From Antedon mediterranea (lineage: Eukaryota > Animalia > Echinodermata): a stretch of DNA of 64,000 bases. The notes under the pieces are model-generated. The model was given only the letters and a program-made list of their open reading frames with translations, did no database searches and had not been told where the DNA came from. The stretch lies in assembly GCF_964355755.1 (NCBI RefSeq), contig NC_092674.1:16182001-16246000 (forward strand), written 5' to 3'. Below are positions 54,481 to 64,000 of the stretch, piece by piece; positions within the stretch are counted from its first letter, which is position 1; each line of letters opens with the position of its first letter. The translations under genes were made by a program, and so were the position numbers.

Positions 54481-55237
54481 CTTAAAAGTAAAAAGAATGC
54501 ACAGTATAAATATAATCACAATATCCAAGCTGTTTTTAAATTATTTTAGTTTTTCTGTCACCTCAAATGTTGAAATGTGTACATTCCTGTACATTATACA
54601 GTAGTTATACTGCATGTACTCTATTGTATGTACTTTAGTTATGTCAAAATATATTATGTTAAAATAAAAATGTGGTAAATATATTTAAATTCACATTTTT
54701 GAATTGTTTTACAACAATAAATAATTCAATCATAGTAGATAAATAAAAAAAAATGTTGATTTTAAAATTCTTTTTACTGTAAATAATTAAATTATGGAAT
54801 CATAATGTACACATTAGTCCATTATTACAATTGAACCTACAATGCATGCATTGTATTGTATCAATATTTTATGGAAAAATATACAATATATATGTAAATT
54901 TTAATAGTTTTTATTCTCATAAGACAAAATTATTACATAAATAAATATTAATTATTTAGTAACATTCATTATAATGATATTTATATTGCAAATATTTAAA
55001 ATCAAAGATAAATTTTGAATTATTATATATTACAGAAAAAATAAAGTTCATTCATGGTGGATGAACTATGAGACTAGTGATTTTTAAAGATATTTTTATA
55101 AGATCACAAATTGTGAAATTATGTAAACATTTTAATCCATTATCATTGTTTAACCAACAAAGTAAAATAATTTTATATTTAATTTCTATATTTAAACCAA
55201 ATTGGTAAAAGTAAGCAAACATAAGCAATACACTTAC

Positions 55238-55309
55238 AGTGTTTCCAATGCTGTCAAACCAGCAAATGCATTGGCTGGTAATGTACTTATTTGGTTATAC
55301 CTCAAATTC
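55238..55309 (-). CDS. LGR array LRR exon 5 (72 bp)
   Basis: NLRYNQISTLPANAFAGLTALET. Confidence 0.88.
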
Positions 55310-56422
55310 CTTAAAAGTAAAAAGAATGCACAGTATAAGTAAATCACAATATCCAAGCTGTTTTTAAATTATTTTAGTTTTTCTGTCACCTCAAATGTTG
55401 AAATGTCTACATTCCTGTACATTATTACTCTATATTAGTGATGTCAAAATATGTTATGTTAAAATAAATATGGTAAATATAATTATAAAAATAAAAAATG
55501 ATAGAATATATTCTATTATTAATGTGTAATTGTATTTCTAAATTAAAACCAAATAAATAAACTGATTGAAACAACATAAAATTACTCTAAACCATCAGCT
55601 GTAGTTCAACATTAACAACTGCACCCCCCCCCCCCCTCTGGTCACTATTATCATGGACCTTTAAATTAGCATGAATCTATATAAATTCTTTCTTTCTTTG
55701 GTTGCAGAATATTTGTTGTATCAATAAACTTATGTTAAACCGATTCAATTTCAATTATTATCTTACAAAAATAAATAATTCAATCATGGTGGATACATTT
55801 TAAAAATGTTGATTTTAAAATAATTCTTTTTGCTATACATACAAATATAAAATATATATTTATATTTTAATAATTTTTTTCTCATAAGACAAAATTAATA
55901 CATAAACAAATACTAATTATTTAGTAACATTTGTTATAATAATATTTATATTGTGATATTTACAATAAAAATTTATTTTGAAATATTATTATTTAAAAAA
56001 ATAAAGTTCATTCATGGTGGATGAGAAAAAACTATTAATTACTAAATTATAAATTACATTATTACTCTATTAGTGATGTCAAAATATGTTATGTTAAAAT
56101 AAATGTGGTAAATATAATTATTTTAACAATTTGCAAAGTATAAGTAAATTGCTATATATCCAATCTGTTTTTACATTATTTTGTTGAAATGTCTACATAT
56201 ATATATATTGTGATATTGATTTTAAATTATTATGTATTATTTAAAAAATTAAGTTCAAACTATTGATTTTTAAAGTTATTTATTACAAGATCACAAATTG
56301 TGAAATTATATAATAATATTAATCCATTATCATTGCTTAACCAACAATGTAAAACAATTTGTAATTTAATTCTAAATTAAACCAAATTGGTAAAACTAAG
56401 CAAACATAAGCAATACACTTAC

Positions 56423-56494
56423 AGTGTTTCCAATGCTGTCAAACCAGCAAATGCATTGGCTTGTAATGTACTTATTTGGTTACCGCTCAAATAC
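56423..56494 (-). CDS. LGR array LRR exon 4 (72 bp)
   Basis: YLSGNQISTLQANAFAGLTALET. Confidence 0.88.
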
Positions 56495-57249
56495 CTTAAA
56501 AGTAAAAAGAATGCACAGTATAAATATAATCACAATATCCAAGCTGTTTTTAAATTATTTTAGTTTTTCTGTCACCTCAAATGTTGAAATGTGTACATTC
56601 CTGTACATTATACAGTAGTTATACTGCATGTACTCTATTGTATGTACTTTAGTTATGTCAAAATATATTATGTTAAAATAAAAATGTGGTAAATATATTT
56701 AAATTCACATTTTTGAATTGTTTTACAACAATAAATAATTCAATCATAGTAGATAAATAAAAAAAAATGTTGATTTTAAAATTCTTTTTACTGTAAATAA
56801 TTAAATTATGGAATCATAATGTACACATTAGTCCATTATTACAATTGAACCTACAATGCATGCATTGTATTGTATCAATATTTTATGGAAAAATATACAA
56901 TATATAGGTAAATTTTAATAGTTTTTATTCTCATAAGACAAAATTATTACATAAATAAATATTAATTATTTAGTAACATTCATTATAATGATATTTATAT
57001 TGCAAATATTTAAAATCAAAGATAAATTTTGAATTATTATATATTACAGAAAAAATAAAGTTCATTCATGGTGGATGAACTATGAGACTAGTGATTTTTA
57101 AATATATTTTTATAAGATCACAAATTGTGAAATTATATAATAATATTAATCCATTATCATTGCTTAACCAACAATGTAAAACAATTTGTAATTTAATTCT
57201 AAATTAAACCAAATTGGTAAAACTAAGCAAACATAAGCAATACACTTAC

Positions 57250-57321
57250 AGTGTTTCCAATGCTGTCAAACCAGCAAATGCATTGGCTTGTAATGTACTT
57301 ATTTGGTTACCGTACAAATCC
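57250..57321 (-). CDS. LGR array LRR exon 3 (72 bp)
   Basis: DLYGNQISTLQANAFAGLTALET. Confidence 0.88.
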
Positions 57322-58242
57322 CTTAAAAGTAAAAAGAATGCACAGTATAAGTAAATCACAATATCCAAGCTGTTTTAAAATTATTTTATTTTTTCTGTCA
57401 CCTCAAATGTTGAAATGTGTACATTCCTGTACATTATACAGTAGTTATACTGCATGTACTCTATTGTATGTACTTTAGTTATGTCAAAATATATTATGTT
57501 AAAATAAAAATGTGGTAAATATATTTAAATTCACATTTTTGAATTGTTTTACAACAATAAATAATTCAATCATAGTAGATAAATAAAAAAAAATGTTGAT
57601 TTTAAAATTCTTTTTACTGTAAATAATTAAATTATGGAATCATAATGTACACATTAGTCCATTATTACAATTGAACCTACAATGCATGCATTGTATTGTA
57701 TCAATATTTTATGGAAAAATATACAATATATATGTAAATTTTAATAGTTTTTATTCTCATAAGACAAAATTATTACATAAATAAATATTAATTATTTAGT
57801 AACATTCATTATAATGATATTTATATTGCAAATATTTACAATTAAAGATTAATTTTGAATTATTATATATTACAGAAAAAATAAAGTTCATTCATGGTGG
57901 ATGAACTATAAGACTAGTGATTTTTAAAGATGTTTTTATAAAATCACAAATTGTGAAATTATGTAAACATTTTAATCCATTATCATTGTTTAACCAACAA
58001 AGTAAAATAATTTGTAATTTAATTCTAAATTAAACCAAATTGGTAAATGTAAGCAAACATAAGCAATACACTTACCTTTTTGTTATTATAATATTTATAT
58101 TGTGATATTTACAATAACAATTTATTTTGAAATATTATTATTTAAAAAAATAAAGTTCATTCATGGTGGATAAGCAAAAAACTATTAATTACTAAATTAA
58201 ACCAAATTGGTAAAAGTAAGCAAACATAAGCAATACACTTAC

Positions 58243-58314
58243 AGTGTTTCCAATGCTGTCAAACCAGCAAATGCATTGGCTGGTAATGTACTTATTTGGT
58301 TATACCTCAAATAC
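58243..58314 (-). CDS. LGR array LRR exon 2 (72 bp)
   Basis: YLRYNQISTLPANAFAGLTALET. Confidence 0.88.
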
Positions 58315-59111
58315 CTTAAAAGTAAAAAGAATGCACAGTATAAATATAATCACAATATCCAAGCTGTTTTTAAATTATTTTAGTTTTTCTGTCACCTCAA
58401 ATGTTGAAATGTCTACATTCCTGTACATTATACAGTAGTTATACTGCATGTACTCTATTGTATGTACTTTAGTGATGTCAAAATATACTATGTTAAAATT
58501 AAAAGGTGGTAAATAAATTTTAAAACTTATTTTGTTAAAATAACATTTCTACAACAAATTCAAATTGTTTGTTAGCAACCATATAATAAATGTATTATCT
58601 AATATGTAATACAGATTCACTTTCAATTGTTATATCTTACAAAAATAAATAATTCAATCAATGTGGATAAATTTTAAAAATAATAATGAAATGATAGAAT
58701 ATATTCTATTATTAATGTAAAATAATGTGTAATTGTATTTCTAAATTAAATGTTAAACTGATTAAATTTCAATTATTATCTTACAAAAATAAATAATTCA
58801 ATCATGGTGGATAAATTTTAAAAATGTTGATTTTAAAATAATTCTTTTTGCTATACATACAAATATAAAATATATATTTATATTTTAATAATTTTTTTCT
58901 CATAAGACAAAATTAATACTTAAACAAATACTAATTATTTAGTAACATTTGTTATTATAATATTTATATTGTGATATTTACAATAACAATTTATTTTGAA
59001 ATATTATTATTTAAAAAAATAAAGTTCATTCATGGTGGATAAGCAAAAAACTATTAATTACTAAATTAAACCAAATTGGTAAAAGTAAGCAAACATAAGC
59101 AATACACTTAC

Positions 59112-59183
59112 AGTGTTTCCAATGCTGTCAAACCAGCAAATACATTGGCTGGTAATGTACTTATTTGGTTATACCTCAAATTC
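59112..59183 (-). CDS. LGR array LRR exon 1 (72 bp)
   Basis: NLRYNQISTLPANVFAGLTALET. Confidence 0.88.
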
Positions 59184-60472
59184 CTTAAAAGTAAAAAGAA
59201 TGCACAGTATAAGTAAATCACAATATTCAAGTTGTTTTAAAATTATTTTAGTTTTTCTGTCACCTCAAATATTGAAATGTCTACATTCTTGTACATTATT
59301 ACTCTATTAGTGATGTCAAAATATGTTATGTTAAAATAAATGTGGTAAATATAATTATTTTAATAATTTATTTTTATAAATCAATTGTTTGGTCAACCAT
59401 AATAAATGTATTATCTAATATGTTAAACAGATTCAATTTAAATTGTTATCTTACAAAATAAATAGTTCAATCATGGTGGATAAATTTAAGAATTGTTGCT
59501 TTTTAAATTTGTTTTACTATAAATAATCATGAAATCATAAGGTACATATTAGTCCATTATTACAATTGAACCTACAATGCATGCATTGTATTGTGTCAAC
59601 ATTTTATTGATGTCAAAATAAAAATTATTAAAAGTAAATATTCATCTCAAAACGTATGAATGTATAGTTGTACATGATATTGTTCACTATAGGTTTAATT
59701 ATGTTACTCTGCACCTTATATCTTAATTTGTGTTTTATTTAGGGTTATCCCTTTGTTCTTATAATTATGTGATGCCACTGCCCTTTTTTAACACTCAAAC
59801 AAATAAAGACTTGGTTATACTGATTGGTTTGATAAATGTGTATTTATTGAAGTCTGTGACATTTGTTGAATTTGAATATAATTATCAATTAAAGACAAAA
59901 TTACTACATAAACAAATACTAGTTATTTAGTAACAATGATTTTGATATTTATATCGTGAAATTATACAATAAAGGATTTCGAATTATTATATCCTCCAAA
60001 AAAAAAGTTCACTCATGAACAAGAAAATGAATTGTTTTTAGAGTTATTTTTATAAGTATAAAGATAATAAAATTATATAATAATATTAATCCATTATCAA
60101 TGTGTAAATGTATTTATAAATTAAAAACAAACTGGTTAAAATAACCAAACATGTAAATTTGCCTTTGTTCCACACACAAAAGAATCACAAAAAGCTGGTA
60201 AAAATCACAAAATACAAACAATATAGTATAAACTAGCAAATGTGAAAAATTAAAACATTAAAAATAATACAGAGCACTCTACTCTCATTCAGAATGTACA
60301 CGTCACATTACTTGTTTTAACTACCTTATTTATATATATTCCAAATAGATGATTGACTGATTGGGAGCATGCACATAGCTGACCATGTTATAATTTTTGG
60401 AAAACTAAGGCCTACCTACCAAATACCTACAATCGTTTTAATCATTTTTTTTTTAGTCTATCACATTCTTAC

Positions 60473-60535
60473 GTAAAATGTCGTATACGGATATTGACCA
60501 GATTAATGATGAGCCCGTAAACTGATTGAAACGAC
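60473..60535 (-). CDS. Candidate 63-bp phase 2-2 exon (possibly a divergent first LRR)
   Basis: tttag|...|gtaag, open frame SFQSVYGLIINLVNIRIRHF. Poor match to the LRR consensus. Confidence 0.4.
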
Positions 60536-60729
60536 CTAAATATACTGTAGACCGCCACAAGACCAGTAGTTTCACATTAACAAATTCCACCCACTCCCCC
60601 TCTGTTCAATATTATCATGATCCTACTGTATAAAGCATGGACCTATTATCAAAGAAATATAAATTTTGCTCACAGTATGACATAAATTTAGTTAAATTTC
60701 AATATATCGACAAAAGATGTTCTACTTAC

Positions 60730-60880
60730 AATGTTGTTATTGGATCATACACATTGTACTTAACAAGCTCTGTATGTATATTTGCATTCCATGGATTACA
60801 TCTAGTGTTATTATAACAATCATCCGAGTAACACGTCGGGACATTACATGTGCAAGATGCTGGGCATCCGACTATAGGCC
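60730..60880 (-). CDS. LGR LRR N-terminal cap exon (151 bp, phase 1-2)
   Basis: PIVGCPASCTCNVPTCYSDDCYNNTRCNPWNANIHTELVKYNVYDPITT. CPxxCxC motif and canonical splice sites. Confidence 0.85.
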
Positions 60881-61309
60881 CTAATGATTTTGTAAAAAAA
60901 AAACAAGCAGTAACTAAAAGTACTGTACTTTGTTTCTATCTTACATAGTAGAACACTACGATAATGATGAATAATGATGGTGATAACAATGAGTATTTTA
61001 AAGATGAACATAAATTCTTATAATTCGATACAGGTGAAATAAAATCATATCATATTTAAGTTTCAATATTACACTGTTTAATTTAACGGTATTGTTTATT
61101 TCGTCGTGTTAAACAATGGAATATTATGAAAGGAGAATAAACGACGCCAAAAGTAGTTTAATCTCTTTTTTCTCTAACTGGGTAAACTCTTGAAAATAGA
61201 ACTTATTTTTATATAATTTATAAAACAAAACACTCCCTCTTAGTCAATAGTGTATTGTAATACCGCCTGTTAGTACTGAAGTTTGTATTAAGTGTGAAAT
61301 TGTCCTTAC

Positions 61310-61370
61310 ATTGACAAATAACACTAGCATCCTCATCGTGTCCACAATCGTGTACTCTCATTCCATTACA
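61310..61370 (-). pseudogene. Remnant exon encoding the C-terminus of an SRCR domain
   Basis: CNGMRVHDCGHDEDASVICQ matches SRCR HxCxHxEDAxVxC. It has a gtaag donor in phase 1, but the apparent acceptor reads ttttacaa. Confidence 0.55.
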
Positions 61371-61687
61371 TTGTAAAATTACAATACAAGTTTAAAACAT
61401 TTCTTTATTTACATGCATACTGTTATTAATCCTAGTTGAGTGTTAGTAGCAGCGGCAGTATATTATCAGGGCATCGGCAGCGGTAGTATATTATCAGGGC
61501 ATCGGCAGTAGCAGTAGTAGTAGTAATACACGGTATTCTTGGAGTGAGGGGTAATAATATTCTGCCTTACAAATAAGTAAATAAATAGTTTGCGGAAAAT
61601 GTTTACTAAAGCCAAAAAATGAAATTATTTTAATTAATTGTATTAATTACTGCTATTATTTTTAAATTATAAAGTACGACAAATAGA

Positions 61688-62160
61688 AATCGTATGTGAT
61701 AATAGGCATACAGAATGGAAGAGATGTCCGGCGATTAAAACCAGTCAAATCTTATAAAGTGTGACGTAACAATCGTATGTGATAATACGCATACAGAATA
61801 GAAGTGATGTCCGGCGATTCAAACCAGTCAAATCTTATAAAGTGTGACGTAACAATCGTATGTGATAAATAGGCATACATAATGGAAGAGATGTCCGGCG
61901 ATTAAAACCAGTCAAATCTTATAAAGTGTGACGTAACAATCGTATGTGATAATACGCATACAGAATAGAAGTGATGTCCGGCGATTCAAACCAGTCAAAT
62001 CTAAAGTGTGACGTAACAATCGTATGTGATAATACGCATACAAAATGGAAGCGATGTCCGGTGATCAAAACCTGCCGAATGTTATAAAGTGTGATTGTTA
62101 TAATAAAGTGTGACGCATACAGAATTGAAGTGATGTCCGGCGATTAAAACCAGTCAAAAC
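61688..62160. repeat. ~83-bp minisatellite, 5-6 copies with alternating variants
   Basis: aatcgtatgtgataat...gatgtccggcgatt..aaccagtcaaatcttataaagtgtgacgtaac. Confidence 0.92.
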
Positions 62161-62865
62161 TAATAAAGTTTAGACAAAAATGTTATTAAAAACGATTATT
62201 TTTCCATATCGGGCCTCTCTTTATGGAAATCCAAAAAACACTTAAGCAAGATTTAATTTAGCATATAATGAGTTAGATGTTTGGGAAATATTCTGCAACA
62301 GTAACAATAATGATAAAATGTTATATATTCTGGGAACTACAATAATACTTTAATGTGTTTTGACAAATTTAGGGAAAAGAAATGATCTTAAAACTGTACA
62401 GCTCGCAGAGAACATTGGTGCTGCATTTTTCAGTTGTTGCTCCCCCAACATTGGCACCTTTTTCAAGCTTATTCGCGAATCGTTTCGGTTTGACGTTTGA
62501 CGCGCGTGTAAAATGCTCAGTGGGAACCGGTCTTAAGTGTGTGGATACATCGAAAGATGAACAAAATAGTGCAAAATATTAGTTCTTGAACAAATGGAAA
62601 AAACTCTCGCAATTTTACTATTTGTTCATTAAAAGGTAAACTATTGACAACATTAACTAAAGAATTTGATCACAGTACCGTATATAAAAAATCTAAAATG
62701 TATAGTTCGAAAAAATATTTTCATTTCATTTCAATAAAACATTATAGAACAATGTTGTAAAATAAGGATTAGCCACAAATTCTGAAAAGGTCATCAAATA
62801 TTATAATGCCTTACAATATTATAATATCTATTAAAAATGATAAATATTAAGAGAAGTAATCATAC

Positions 62866-62941
62866 CGGAATTTGAACCAACATCAGCACAACTAGAAAAC
62901 GATAACTCCACCAATATTATTACCACTTTAAAGACAAACAT
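62866..62941 (-). CDS. Candidate first coding (signal peptide) exon of the LGR
   Basis: MFVFKVVIILVELSFSSCADVGSNS-G|gtatga. The phase-1 donor is compatible with the LRR-NT exon. An in-frame upstream ATG lies at 63013. Confidence 0.5.
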
Positions 62942-63215
62942 CTTTTTATGCAATTCAGTACCGTGATGTGCGTAGTAAACTTTATCTCCGAAAGTCATCT
63001 CAACGTTTGACATAATATTGTTTCTTTTAGTATTGTTGCAAAAGAGTTTTAAATAATTAATATAAATCAGTTCACCAGCTGTATTACTTTGCTTAGTGGT
63101 TGATATTAATATTTAATTGTTTTGTTGGAATAAGTAATTACATAGATTGAAGATAAACAGTAATGAATGTGAATTTACTATGTGTACTGTTATTATGAAT
63201 ATAATGTGACTATAT

Positions 63216-63425
63216 CAGGAGTATTAGTTAGACACTGGTAGTGTACTAACCCTTATTTACTTATGTATATAACAGGAGTATTAGTTAGACACTGGTAGTG
63301 TACTAACCCTTATTTACTTATGTATATAACAGGAGTATTAGTTAGACACTGGTAGTGTACTAACCCTTATTTACTTATGTATATAACAGGAGTATTAGTT
63401 AGACACTGGTAGTGTACTAAGCCTT
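63216..63425. repeat. 57-bp tandem repeat, ~3.6 copies
   Basis: caggagtattagttagacactggtagtgtactaacccttatttacttatgtatataa. Confidence 0.93.
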
Positions 63426-63466
63426 ATTATTTTTTTTTTCAATCGAGTTCGAACAATACCATGAAA

Positions 63467-63538
63467 GCCCCAGTGGTCTAATGGTTAGGACATCTGCATA
63501 TCAAGCAGGCGATCCGAGTTCGAGTCTCGGTTGGGGCG
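63467..63538 (+). tRNA. tRNA-like cloverleaf, anticodon ATC (Asp-derived pseudo-tRNA, probably part of a mobile element)
   Basis: Acceptor stem GCCCCAG/TTGGGGC, D stem GTCT/GGAC, anticodon stem TCTGC/GCAGG with loop ATATCAA, T arm CCGAG-TTCGAGT-CTCGG. A T-run follows at 63541. Confidence 0.65.
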
Positions 63539-63590
63539 ACTTTTTCTCATTCTCACAGATTTCCTCATCTTTATCGTTTCAAATTAATTA

Positions 63591-63710
63591 ATTAAATTTC
63601 AGTATATCACCGGGCGGTTTAGAATTAATGTTCATTGCCTGATGTGTGTATATATATAAACACAAGAGGCAAAGAACATTAATTCTAAACCGCCCGCTGA
63701 TATACTGAAA

Positions 63711-63750
<40 letters not shown>

Positions 63751-63817
63751 CTTTCAGTATATCACCGGGCGGTTTAGAATTAATGTTCATTGCCTGATGT
63801 GTTTATATATATACACA
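63591..63817. repeat. Inverted repeat hairpin (63591-63716), (AT)n tract and direct copy (63751-63817): Penelope-like terminal structure
   Basis: tttcagtatatcaccgggcggtttagaattaatgttc occurs forward, reverse, then forward. Confidence 0.8.
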
Positions 63818-63818
63818 C

Positions 63819-63860
63819 TTGCACTGATGAAGGGCTAGTGTTGCCCGAAAGCTCTGCTAA
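63819..63860 (+). ncRNA. Minimal type I hammerhead ribozyme
   Basis: Stem I gca/tgc, core CTGATGA, stem II gggc-tagtgtt-gccc, GAAA, short palindromic stem III (agct), and predicted cleavage after TC at 63854. Confidence 0.78.
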
Positions 63861-64000
63861 CTTTTCTGGCTGTTTACTTTATCGTTTTGATTTAGCTTTT
63901 CGCTTTTTATTTTTGTATCTCCATTGAGATCCAGCCACTGATACCCACAGCATTGTCATTTTTTTCAGTTATTTGCCTTTGGATTTATATATATTTTGAT

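Larger units (their letters stand above)
49560..60150. repeat. Tandem array of ~830-bp intron+LRR-exon units, with partial and exon-less units
   Basis: Exon-to-exon spacings are 829, 829, 1185, 827, 993 and 869 bp. Introns are nearly identical between units. Confidence 0.92.

Noticed and set aside
53581-59310. Repeated + strand ORFs 'MFPMLSNQQMHWL...' as a small-protein gene family
   Set aside because: They start at GTG and are the antisense frame of the 72-bp LRR exons. Splice sites and the LRR consensus are on the minus strand.
60405-60428. ag|GTATTTGGTAGGT as another LRR exon start
   Set aside because: It reaches TAG after six codons and has no matching donor at 72 bp.
61688-63425. 83-bp and 57-bp repeats as CRISPR-like arrays
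   Set aside because: Units are contiguous with no unique spacers, there are no cas genes, and the DNA is eukaryotic.

Overview
AT-rich, intron-containing genomic DNA from an animal, probably a marine invertebrate. The taxon cannot be fixed from the sequence. Genes read by hand: (1) two tandem minus-strand collagen-C1q genes with single coding exons (9633-10484, 11620-12462), plus a short pseudogenic copy of the 3' end of one at ~792-890; (2) the last four exons of a TMCO3-like cation/H+ antiporter (+, 17180-19481), whose upstream intron apparently hosts the C1q genes; (3) a four-exon SAT1/SAT2-like polyamine/thialysine acetyltransferase (+, 30935-36303) with an in-frame TAA at codon 35 and a 3.5-kb L1/Tx1-type LINE in intron 2; (4) a ~24-kb minus-strand LRR-containing GPCR (RXFP/GRL101-like 7TM exon 38365-39379) built from symmetric 72-bp LRR exons. 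Seven of those exons sit in a recent ~830-bp tandem array (53580-59183). They differ only by non-synonymous changes, mostly in the xLxxN concave-face positions, and this is the most striking feature of the window. The rest is dense with transposons: self-nesting Helentron-like elements, TTAA (Kolobok-like) MITEs, a MULE-like MITE, an IS3EU-like MITE, a fold-back Academ relic, a Gypsy fragment, LINE relics and a tRNA-SINE. At the right end is a tRNA-like gene, a hairpin and a minimal hammerhead ribozyme in a Penelope-like arrangement. Most short ORFs in the supplied track are artefacts of repeats or antisense frames.
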